NCBI GenBank assembly: GCA_965215185.1
Contig: OZ244034.1
Coordinates: 2,560,001-2,624,000 of the forward strand
Direction of reading: 5' to 3'
DNA length: 64,000 bases
From: Acidimicrobiia bacterium
GTDB taxonomy: Bacteria > Actinomycetota > Acidimicrobiia > Spongiisociales > ZC4RG35
In this document: one piece after another, positions 22,761-31,781 of the stretch
Numbering within the stretch: position 1 is the stretch's first letter
How the letters are laid out: every line of letters begins with the position of its first letter
Position numbers and translations under genes: made by a program
Notes under the pieces: model-generated
What the model was told of the DNA's origin: nothing
Databases searched by the model: none
What the model saw: only the letters and a program-made list of their open reading frames with translations

Positions 22761-23039
22761 GGTTTGTCCGGTAAGTGCCGAAAAGTGCAGTTATGTGCCG
22801 ATAAGGGTTGCTAGTGATACCAGACCCCGTCAAAACGCCTCTGACCAGGGGCAACAGGGGTTGTGGGCGTTGACGGAATCAAGCAGCCGTTTCCGCAGTG
22901 ATCGTGAGGAATCGTCGGCCTTCTCTTGAGGTTGCGCTTCCCGGCAAGAACAGGCCCATCTTCTTCCATTCTTATGTGATGTTCACCGGGTCCGAATTAG
23001 GTGTTATGCCGATATCGCCAGGGTCTAGGATTCTCGATC

Positions 23040-23840
23040 CAGCTGTTGTGCCGTAGGGATGTTCTTGGTGGAGGTCGAGGTCCCCAACTAGGGCGGTGAC
23101 CTTTCCGCCGCAGCAGCGGCTCCCCGCCGGGGCGGCGGGCATGGGGGCGTTGTAGGACTTCGCGGCGGTGCCGGGGTGGGCGCCGTGGCCTGCGCACACG
23201 CTGCATTTGAACTGCCGTCCGCGGAAGCTGCCGTCGGGCTTGTAGAGGGGGCCTACAGAGCGCCACCCGGTTTTTGAAGCGGTCGTTGAACCACTTCTCG
23301 AGCTGTTTGGTGTTGGTGGTGCGGCGGTTCTGGTTCGATGGCGTTACCGATGTGGCGGGGGTCCAGTCAGCCAGGGGCGTGCCGCAGTGCATGATGACGT
23401 TCTGTCCGCGCTTGCCGAGGGTTCTGTTGCTGGGATTGGTCAGGAGGCGCTTGGGATAGTCCATCACCACGTTTAGGCCAAGCTCATGCAGCGGGCGCAA
23501 GGATTTCTCGCGCTTGGCGGTGTAGGCCCGGTCGGCGATGACTTCGGTGATTCCGGGGGCGAGTTTGAGGGCGTTCAAGATGGCGCGCAGCCCGCTGGGG
23601 CCGGGGTTCTGGCCTGCTGGGTTGAGGTCTATCGCGAGGATGTAGGGGCGAACATGGGGGCCTAGCTTGTACTCGTCGGGGCGGCCGGTCCAGGAGTTGG
23701 TCCTGCACGCGATGACGGTTGTCAGGTCATAGCCGACGAACTTGTGGGCTTTGCGTTTGCGTGTTGCTGAGGCGTTTCCGGCGCGCGCGTCGAGGTCTTT
23801 GGAGCGGATGATCTTGCCGTCTGGTCCGACTTCGATGGGG
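23040..23840 (-). pseudogene. DDE-type transposase internal fragment, family unassigned
   Basis: HKFVGYDL, EVIADRAYT, NVIMHCGTPL, CC...Q.HPYGT; frameshifts. Confidence 0.65.
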
Positions 23841-24123
23841 GGCAGAGCAAACCACCTTCCAACTCCGTTGCTGCAGTGCGGCGACGCGCTCTACATGAAG
23901 ATCACCGGGATGACCCCCGAGGAGATGTTCCCCACCTGGCTGGGCGATGCGGATGCCTGAGATCTGCCGCTTCAACAGCATCGTGATCAATATGACTTAC
24001 TCGTCGCCCCGAGGGGCGGGGTTTCCCTTGCGACGAGTTGGTCTGCTGGTCGATTCCTGTTCTCTCTTTGGTCTCGCGAAGTGCTCATAGGGCTCTGAGG
24101 CGGTGCCATGCGGCGACTTCCCG

Positions 24124-24305
24124 GTGGGTGCCCATAATTCGGTCGCGGGCGCTGACCAGGGGTTTCGCGCTCCATCCTGGGGCCTCATGTGTAGCATCCT
24201 TTACCGGTTCCTCGCGTTGCTTGTACGGCTGGCGGTGTGTAGTGGACGCTCAAAGGACCTTGAGATCATCGTCCTACGGAACCAGCTCAGGGTGCTGCAC
24301 CGCCG
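24124..24305 (+). mobile_element. Left end and N-terminal fragment of an actinobacterial integrase-core transposase
   Basis: LYRFLALLVRLAVCSGRSKDLEIIVLRNQLRVLHRR. Confidence 0.6.
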
Positions 24306-24339
24306 GTGCTGGCCCGGTGATGTCGCTTGATCTGGGCTT

Positions 24340-24478
24340 AGGGCTCGTCAACGCATGGGTGCGCACCTCAGGGCCATTCTGCTCCAGCCACAGCAACCAC
24401 AGAAAGGGCAGAATGATCATGGCTGTGATTGGGGTCGACTCACACAAAGACACCCTCGTGGGGTACCTCATCGACGTG
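24340..24478 (+). mobile_element. IS110-family 5' fragment
   Basis: MAVIGVDSHKDTL (first RuvC-like Asp motif) after an RBS; truncated. Confidence 0.55.
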
Positions 24479-24837
24479 GGCGAGCGGCTTGATAACAAGA
24501 ATGGGGCCCCCGGGGGTGCCGAGCCCGCCAGCTTATCGCCGTGAGCAACCCGCCCCGACTCGGTTACAGAGTCGCTCCAAGTTGAACGGAATCCTCATTG
24601 TGGGAGCACCTGAGCGCAGTGCCCATTGCTTGGGTGTCAGAATGGGTCCTCTCCTTAGCAGATTGCCCATTATGAGGCACTCGTCGGTCCCCCCTTCCAA
24701 GTTCTGCGTGCCGGGTTCTCGCGGCGTCACCAGCGCCACACCCCGAGGGCCTCGAAGAGGAATTGGCCACCCGCCAATTCCGACACGGTGGCGTAGATGA
24801 GCGAGTACCACGCCCAAAATACGATCACCCCCTCGAC

Positions 24838-25018
24838 GGAGGACTGGCCCGTCACACCCAGCTGCTGACCAACCCCAGCGACCGGCCGGCCCGCCTCGAG
24901 GAGATCCAGCACCTTGCGCCGGAACTCAGCCGGATAACTCCTAGCCATGATGACCTCCTCAGGGTCGACGTGCCCAAGATTCAACTATCCCGACTACGCG
25001 ATACCCGGGGCACACCAC
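24838..25018 (-). mobile_element. IS3-family left end plus orfA fragment
   Basis: MARSYPAEFRRKVLDLLEAGRPV; end CCCCGGGTATCGCGTAGTCGGG. Confidence 0.8.
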
Positions 25019-25045
25019 TGCCTGCGCAATACCCGGTGAGGTTCA

Positions 25046-25322
25046 GATCCGTTCTCGGGCTGCGGCCAACTCCACAGACTCAGCGGTGCTCACGCCGGGC
25101 CGCAGACCGCAATCCACCAGATCCTGGTTGCGCCAACTGTAGATCGTCTGACCTGCCACACCCAACTGCTCGGCAATCTCAGCGGCCGGTCTGCCCGCCT
25201 CAACCAGAACTAGAACCTTGCGGCGGAACTCCGCTGGATAGCTCCTTGGCATGATGACCTCCTCAGGGTCGACATGCCCAAGATTCAACTATCCCGACCA
25301 CGCGATACCCGGATTTCACGCA
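25046..25322 (-). mobile_element. IS3-family left end plus orfA fragment (tandem diverged copy)
   Basis: MPRSYPAEFRRKVLVLVEAGRP...QTIYSWRNQD; leader near-identical to the 24838 copy. Confidence 0.8.
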
Positions 25323-25329
25323 GTCCATA

Positions 25330-26439
25330 TCACCCCGACAGTGCCCGCGCCTGTTCAATTAGGGCGCGGGATTCTTCCACGCGTGCCTCCACGTCTGCAA
25401 GGTCGAACACCTCGGGCGGGTCTACATTTATAAAATCTTCTGCCTCCATGTTCCCGAACGCGCCGCACTTTTCCAGGAAGTCCTCGTGGAAGTTGAGGGT
25501 ATCGCCGAGTAGGGCCTCGAAGTAGACGATGTCTTCTGCTATGTCAGACGCTGACACTTCGTGAAACGCGAACAGAATGACTCGGAGGTCGAGAAGAAAG
25601 TATTCGCAATGGCTGCGGGTAATGGGCACACCGTTCTCACCAATGACCTCGTACAGCTTGCCGGGTTCGGGCAGTTCTGAAATCGTCCACACACCCGTCT
25701 CGCTGGTGCCCAGCACGACCAGACCAAGCTTGTCGAGGTCGAGGCCGGACTTGGTTACGTACGACCTCGACGACTCGAAGTCCTCCGTGTCCCAATGACT
25801 GGCATTGAGAGCACCCCTGCCGTTCGCGTCAACGTAGAACACACCCACCTCAACAACGGCACAACCCTGGTCGTTGCTTGTAAGCACCATGTCCACCTCA
25901 CAGGCCGGGTACCCCGCACCGGGTCTTGACTCACCCTGTGTCAGGGTGATCAACCAAGCGTCGATGTCGTCGTCGTGGTACGCCAGCACACCAACGCTTG
26001 TAAGTGAACGGTTTGAATTGTTCTCGGTGTAGTTGCCGTCGGCCTCGGGCCACGCGTAGGTGCTGAACTCGCCCCAACCACTCGTTGCATCGACGTAGAA
26101 GTGGCCAACCCCTTCCACGACACAACCCTCCCCCTCGCTAAAGGTTGCGCCGGTAACACAGGGTGTGTCGTCGTAGGCACTGAACCGTGCCCGTCGGTCA
26201 CCCCCGGCCTCGGCCAAGTCACCCCCGGCCTCGGCCTCGGCCAACAGGTCCTCAAGCTCGGCCTCTAGCTCCGCTAGCTCCGCTTCTTCCTCAGGGGTCA
26301 GGTCGCCCTCGTCGCGTGCCGCCTCAACGTTGGCGGTCACCGCCTCCGGGACCTCAGCCGCCGAGTCGGGGGTGTCGTCACCACCGCCACAACCCGCCAG
26401 CACCAGCACTGCCAGCATCGCGATGATCCGTGTCCTCAT
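25330..26439 (-). CDS. Hypothetical acidic lipoprotein with two Cys-containing repeats
   Basis: Lipobox VLAGC after MRTRIIAMLAVL; repeats PC..GC.V..VG.FYVDA. Confidence 0.75.
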   Translation of the reverse strand: MRTRIIAMLAVLVLAGCGGGDDTPDSAAEVPEAVTANVEAARDEGDLTPEEEAELAELEAELEDLLAEAEAGGDLAEAGGDRRARFSAYDDTPCVTGATFSEGEGCVVEGVGHFYVDATSGWGEFSTYAWPEADGNYTENNSNRSLTSVGVLAYHDDDIDAWLITLTQGESRPGAGYPACEVDMVLTSNDQGCAVVEVGVFYVDANGRGALNASHWDTEDFESSRSYVTKSGLDLDKLGLVVLGTSETGVWTISELPEPGKLYEVIGENGVPITRSHCEYFLLDLRVILFAFHEVSASDIAEDIVYFEALLGDTLNFHEDFLEKCGAFGNMEAEDFINVDPPEVFDLADVEARVEESRALIEQARALSG

Positions 26440-26590
26440 CGCTTCAACACCTTCTTCGTCGATTGGGCCTCGGTGCCTGTCCGTCCCGAAGCTTGAGTGC
26501 AGCAGGCCGCGAAACCGACCGCCCATCAATTCGGAAATTATAGTAGTTTCAACAGATTTGATTTGCAAGTGGCATAGAAATTGGGTTGTC

Positions 26591-26790
26591 ATGTCTCGGC
26601 ACTCTCGAAGCCGTTCGCGGCTGTTTGATGTGGAGTCGCTGCGGGTGTTTCGCGAGTTGGTGGCCCAGGGCGGGTTCACGGCCGTGGCGAAGACACTGGG
26701 GATTTCTCAGCCGACGGTGAGTCTCACGATCCGCCGGCTTGAGGAGTGGCTCGGAATGAGCTTGATTGTGCGCAACGGCTATTCGGCCAT
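26591..26790 (+). pseudogene. LysR-family regulator, HTH only (truncated)
   Basis: LRVFRELVAQGGFTAVAKTLGISQPTVSLTIRRLEEWLG. Confidence 0.8.
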
Positions 26791-26887
26791 ACCGTTTGGT
26801 GGTCGGGTCTTCGGGCAGCGTAGGCCGCGCGTTCCCGGGGTCTAGGTGTGCGCCGTGGCAAGGATCTCTTTGAGGTGTCCCTCCAGC

Positions 26888-27077
26888 GCGTGCTGGGGAA
26901 GCAACAGCCACGGGCAAACCGACGCCCCAGCGGGCACCTAACAAGACCGTCACAGGCGGCTCGCTACACAACTGCGCCATCAGAACCGACGACACCATCG
27001 CATGCTGGGGAAATAGCTACACGCAGCAGGCCGACGTCCCCACGGGCACCTACAAGGCGCTCGACGCCGGCTGGTTC
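26888..27077 (+). pseudogene. RCC1-like repeat fragment
   Basis: ACWGSNSHGQTDAPAGT/KTVTGGSLHNCAIRTDDTIACWGNSYTQQADVPTGTYKALDAGWF with a 1-nt insertion. Confidence 0.7.
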
Positions 27078-27159
27078 CTGCAAGAGGTCGCAGCGGTCGC
27101 TGCTGTCCGGCCCCCACCAGGCCTCCTGCGGCTCGCACCATCGAAGGATGCAGCGTGGA

Positions 27160-27452
27160 TCAGACGTGCTGTAGACATGGTGAGTGTGGCGCGTGCAATG
27201 GTTCTTAATCCGCGGCTCGCAGAGGTCTGGTTGACCGAGGAAGGTGGCGATCCTGAGTTTCCGATATTCGACTCCCCAACCCGGGGCGGGGTAACGGCCT
27301 GGTATACGATGCGAATAACAGCACTGGCAGAGAATAGGGAGAAAGCGTTCACGCTGGACCCTCAGTCTGCCTTGCGTGTTTATGAAGAACGTGATGCGCT
27401 ACGTTGCATTAAGTGGCGAGAGAAGTTTTCGCTTCTACCAGAGTCGGTCTGA
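27160..27452 (+). pseudogene. NADH:flavin oxidoreductase (OYE) C-terminal fragment
   Basis: VDMVSVARAMVLNPRLA...GGVTAWYTMRI resembles an OYE C-terminus. Confidence 0.5.
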
Positions 27453-28139
27453 AGATCGTAACAAAGCCGGCGCGTCAGAACAGCCCGCTGGAAACGACGT
27501 AACCGACCGGCGCCGGGACGAGCCAATTGCCGGGCGCCGAGACCGTCGTTGATCACTAGCACATAGTTGCGTTTGTGGGGAATCAGGTCAGCCAGATCAG
27601 AGCGGAGCCCCCTGGTGGGAGACCGCCTCATTTGCAGCAGGGGCGTTGATTGGATTGAGCATCCTCTCCGGGGGGCCGTCACCCTGTAATGGCAGAACGT
27701 TGTGCCTGGTTGTCATGTGGTGGGCGATCTGCACCGGCGCATGGACCGTGCTGGCGGGCATTTGGGGGATGACGCGCAGCGGGGACAGCCCCGGTGCGAT
27801 TTATCACCGGGAAATGGCAGCAAGGATCGTGGTAGAAACCACTGTCGGTTCCGCAGTCCTGCTAATGGCATTCGGTTTGATGTTCAGCGGGGCGATATGA
27901 GCAACGACGCAATCAGAGAGGGCCACGCAGGGATACCAAAAGCGTGGGAGGATCAAACGAGTCCGAGTTCCAACCGGAGTAAGGCATCGGCGGGGATCCC
28001 CAGCATTAGTGGCGAAGCTAGCGCAGCCGTCTTACCAAGAACGGTGGCTGCCGGACGCCACCAGTTGGAGTCCTAATGCCACAACGTCTTGTATCGGTTC
28101 CCTCCGCTACTAGAAATCGTTCGTTTCGAAGGCGTAGTG

Positions 28140-28842
28140 CTACTGCTCCAAGTATTTGCCCCACCTCTCCATGACCGGACGGCGGCGTTCGAGCAGATCG
28201 GAGCGGGCATAAGCGCCTTCGACGCCCTTCACAGTGTGTCCGAGTGCCTGTTCTGCTTCCTCACGGCGGATGCCGGAGTCGGAGCACCAATCTCGAAAGC
28301 TGCTTCGCATCCCATGCGGAACGCATCCGACATCGTTCTCTTTGCAGAGTTTGCTCATCGTTGAGTCCGAGAGCGGTTTGCCTCTCGGTGACGGGAAGGC
28401 CAAACCTTCGCCGCCGGTCCGCTCTCGGACTTCGCTAAGAGTCTCCAGAGCAGCCGTAGAGAGAGGCACGCGGTGAGAGTGGCCCGTTTTAGTCCTCTCG
28501 CCAGGTATCGTCCAGGTTGCCGTTTCTAGGTCGATCTCTGCCCAGGTGGCTAGCCGGGCTTCGCCGCTTCGTGTGGCCGTCAGGGTCAGGAATTTGAACG
28601 CGGCGATGGTGGCCCAGTGCGCGCGGCGGGACTCCTCAATGGTTTTGAGAGCCTTTCCGACTTTGGAGTGATGCAATGCCCGTTGGTGGGTGGGCGCTCT
28701 TGCGTTTGAGCCCAGGGCTGCCGGAACCCGTTCATCCGCGGGGTTGTCCGACCGGTGCCCGGCGGCGATACACCATTTCATGACAGCAGCGATTCGCCGT
28801 CGCACCTTGCGCGCGGTTTCGGGTTTGCTGTGCCAGACCGCC
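28140..28842 (-). pseudogene. P4-like tyrosine integrase, 5'-truncated
   Basis: TATRSGE, PHGMRSSFRDW, LGH, AYARSDLLERRR; N-terminal domains absent, abuts the M20 fragment. Confidence 0.88.
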
Positions 28843-29196
28843 AGAGTCTGTGAAGAAGCCGGGGTCTCGGCGGAGGTGGTGTTCTCCGCCCCCAGAGACC
28901 ATGCGGTGGGAGGAACACCTGATGAAGTGCCCGCCGATCATCCGGGCGTATCCGAATTGGCTCATGCCATCCGGGTGACCACCGGGCAAGAGGCCCGGAT
29001 CGAGGGCGCCCCTTACTGGTCGGAGAAGCCGCTTCTCCGCTCGGTGGGCATCCCCGGCGTCTACTTCGCGGCAGGTGATATCGGCACCTGCCATACACCT
29101 TTTGAAAGACTGCCGATTGAACAGTTTGTGTCCTTAACCCGGGCCCTGGCGCACTTCGTGGCGTCGTGGTGCGGAGCCGAGAAGTCAACAACATAA
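28843..29196 (+). pseudogene. M20 family peptidase/deacylase, C-terminal fragment
   Basis: GAPYWSE...GIPGVYFAAGDIGTCHTPFERLPIEQF. Confidence 0.8.
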
Positions 29197-29205
29197 GGAG
29201 GAGCT

Positions 29206-30724
29206 ATGAACCCCAAACGTAGAACACCCGCAATATGGCTCGTAACCAGTCTGGTGGCAGTGCTAGGTCTGGTTGCGGCAGCTTGCGGCGGCGATGCCGA
29301 GGAGGAAACTACCACTACCCAGGCAGCCGCCGCAGCCACCACTACCCAGTCACCTGTTACGACAGCAACTCCTGCTGAGCCGGTGGCGCCGGTTACTCAG
29401 GGGCCGGGTGGTGAGGAGGCTACTGCTTCTAGTGAGATTGTTTTGAGTGGTGACGAGATTGGGCAGGTGCGGTCTGGGGGGTATACGGCGGCTTTGCTTT
29501 GGCATACGGCGGGTGCTTTCACTGATGCAGTGAGTCAGGGCGCTCGGGATGCTTTCGCCGAGTTGGGTATTGAGGTGATTGCCGAGACCAATGCGCAGTT
29601 CGGGCGCAGTGATGCTGCTCAGCAGGCCAATGATGTGGAGACTGTGATGGCGCAGAACCCTGACATCATCATCAGTCTGGTGCTTGATCCGGTGTCGGGC
29701 GCAGTGGCGTTTCGTCCTGCGGTTGAGGCCGGAGTGCAGTTGGTGTTTTTGAGCAATGTGCCTGAGGGCTATGTGCACGGCGTCGATTATGTGGGTGTGG
29801 TCACCGATGACTTGGCGGCGATGGGAATCGCCGCTGCGGATTTGTTGGCCGATGCGTTGGGTGGTGAGGGGAAGGTGGGTTTCATCTTCCATGATGCCGC
29901 CTATTACGTGACCAATCAGCGTGATCAGGCGTTCAAGACTTGGATAGCTGAGCGTTATCCGGGGATTGAGATTGTTTCTGAGCAGGGGTTGGACATCATC
30001 ATCAGTCTGGTGCTGATCGGTGTCGGGCGCAGTGGCGTTTCGTCCTGCGGTTGAGGCCGGAGTGCAGTTGGTGTTTTTGAGCAATGTGCCTGAGGGCTAT
30101 GTGCACGGCGTCGATTATGTGGGTGTGGTCACCGATGACTTGGCGGCGATGGGAATCGCCGCTGCGGATTTGTTGGCCGATGCGTTGGGTGGTGAGGGGA
30201 AGGTGGGTTTCATCTTCCATGATGCCGCCTATTACGTGACCAATCAGCGTGATCAGGCGTTCAAGACTTGGATAGCTGAGCGTTATCCGGGGATTGAGAT
30301 TGTTTCTGAGCAGGGGTTGGCTGATCCGGCTGCTGCTGAGGAGATCGCGGCTTCTTTGTTGACGCGTAATCCTGATCTGGATGGCATTTATGCGCCGTGG
30401 TCGGCTGGTCCGGCCGATGGGGTGTTGGCTGCTTTGCGGGCGGCTGGCGCTTCGGATGTGGCGGTGGTGACTTTGGATCTGGATACCAATGTCTCGTTGG
30501 ACTTGGTTGAAGGTGGCAACATTGTTGGTATCGCGGCGGATGAGGCGTATGCGTTGGGACGGACCATGGCTTTGGAGGGCGCTTATGGGCTGTTGGGTAA
30601 GCAGGCGCCGGCGTTCACAGTGGTACCGGCGATCAAGGTGACCGCTGACAACATCGTGGATGCCTACCGGCAGTCACTGGCCGCCGACCCACCCGCAGAA
30701 GTCATGGCAGCACTCGGTGGATAA
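29206..30724 (+). CDS. Sugar ABC substrate-binding lipoprotein (RbsB type), frameshifted by an internal duplication
   Basis: Lipobox AAAC, Thr linker, Peripla_BP-type sequence; ORFs 29206-30054 and 30020-30724 join once the duplicate is removed. Confidence 0.85.
29662..30319 (+). repeat. Tandem duplication (330 bp plus 328 bp)
   Basis: 29662-29991 is repeated at 29992-30319 with two single-base deletions near the start of copy 2. Confidence 0.93.
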
Positions 30725-30764
30725 GCTGTAGTGGAGACCTGAACGCTCGAGGAACAGTTCCGCT

Positions 30765-31781
30765 GTGAAGCAAGTCCATGTCTTGGCTAGGACCGCCGCC
30801 CGGTTGAGGCGGCCATGGAACAACCAGGGCGAGGACGGCGGGTATCGCCGGTACGTGGTCTATTTGGCTTTCGTCTCGATTCTCGCTGTCTTCGCCCTGA
30901 TACTGTGGGATGATGGTTTCCTGAGTTGGTCGAACCTCTTGAACATCGGCCGCCAGGCGGCGCCGATCGCGGTGATGGCGGTCGGTATGGCGTTCGCTCT
31001 GGCCTCGGCCGAGATAGATCTCTCGATCGGATCGACCGTTGCGCTCTCCTCGCTGGTGGCCGCGGTGGTGGTGGCCGACTACGGGTTCTTTCTGGGAGCG
31101 CTGGCCGCGGTGGCCGTGGGGGCACTGGTGGGCCTGGTAAACGGTCTCATTACGGTCAAGATACGCATTCCATCTTTTCTGGTGACCCTGGGGACACTGG
31201 GCATCATCAGCGGGGTCGCCCGCAATATGAACAACCTGCAGTCCATGCCGATTCGCAACGACGCTTTCTCCGCGCTATTTGGCGCCGGGTCGCTCGGCCC
31301 GATCTCTTCGCTGGTGATCTGGACGTTCGTCGTCTTTGCGTTGGGCCATTTCGCCCTCCATCATCTGCGCTGGGGGAGACATGTCCTGGCCACGGGCGCC
31401 AATCGGGCGTCTTCCAATGCGGCCGGCCTCAATACCGGCCGCATTCGAATCGGCGCCCTGATGGTTAGTTCGGTAGCGGCGTCTTTCGCAGGGGTGCTGC
31501 TGGCCGGACGGCTGTCCATCGGTCGCCATGATCTGGGCGAAAACGACCTGCTCACCGTGATCGCGGCGGTTGTGATCGGTGGCACCAGCCTGTTTGGCGG
31601 CCGCGCTTCCATCGGCGGGGCGGTTACCGGGGCTCTCATCATGGCGATGCTCAACAACGGATTGATTCTCATGGGCCTCGAAGTGGCGGATCAGTTGATC
31701 GCCCGAGGCTTCATCATCATCGTGGCGGTGGCGCTCAGTATGAGGGCACCTTCGGAAAGCGTGGGCGACGATGTTCCTTGA
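30765..31781 (+). CDS. Sugar ABC permease (RbsC type)
   Basis: EIDLSIGS, IPSFLVTLG, IAAVVIGGTSLFGG. Confidence 0.93.
   Translation: MKQVHVLARTAARLRRPWNNQGEDGGYRRYVVYLAFVSILAVFALILWDDGFLSWSNLLNIGRQAAPIAVMAVGMAFALASAEIDLSIGSTVALSSLVAAVVVADYGFFLGALAAVAVGALVGLVNGLITVKIRIPSFLVTLGTLGIISGVARNMNNLQSMPIRNDAFSALFGAGSLGPISSLVIWTFVVFALGHFALHHLRWGRHVLATGANRASSNAAGLNTGRIRIGALMVSSVAASFAGVLLAGRLSIGRHDLGENDLLTVIAAVVIGGTSLFGGRASIGGAVTGALIMAMLNNGLILMGLEVADQLIARGFIIIVAVALSMRAPSESVGDDVP

Larger units (their letters stand above)
12397..28842. mobile_element. Decayed genomic island inserted in the M20 gene
   Basis: Bounded by the two M20 halves; dense IS fragments, relaxase and integrase remnants; boundaries approximate. 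Confidence 0.75.

Noticed and set aside
27646-27900. Small hydrophobic ORF
   Set aside because: No clear start, RBS or family; may be a fragment
12390-28850. attL/attR or TSD bounding the island
   Set aside because: No convincing direct repeat seen at the two junctions; both ends look deleted
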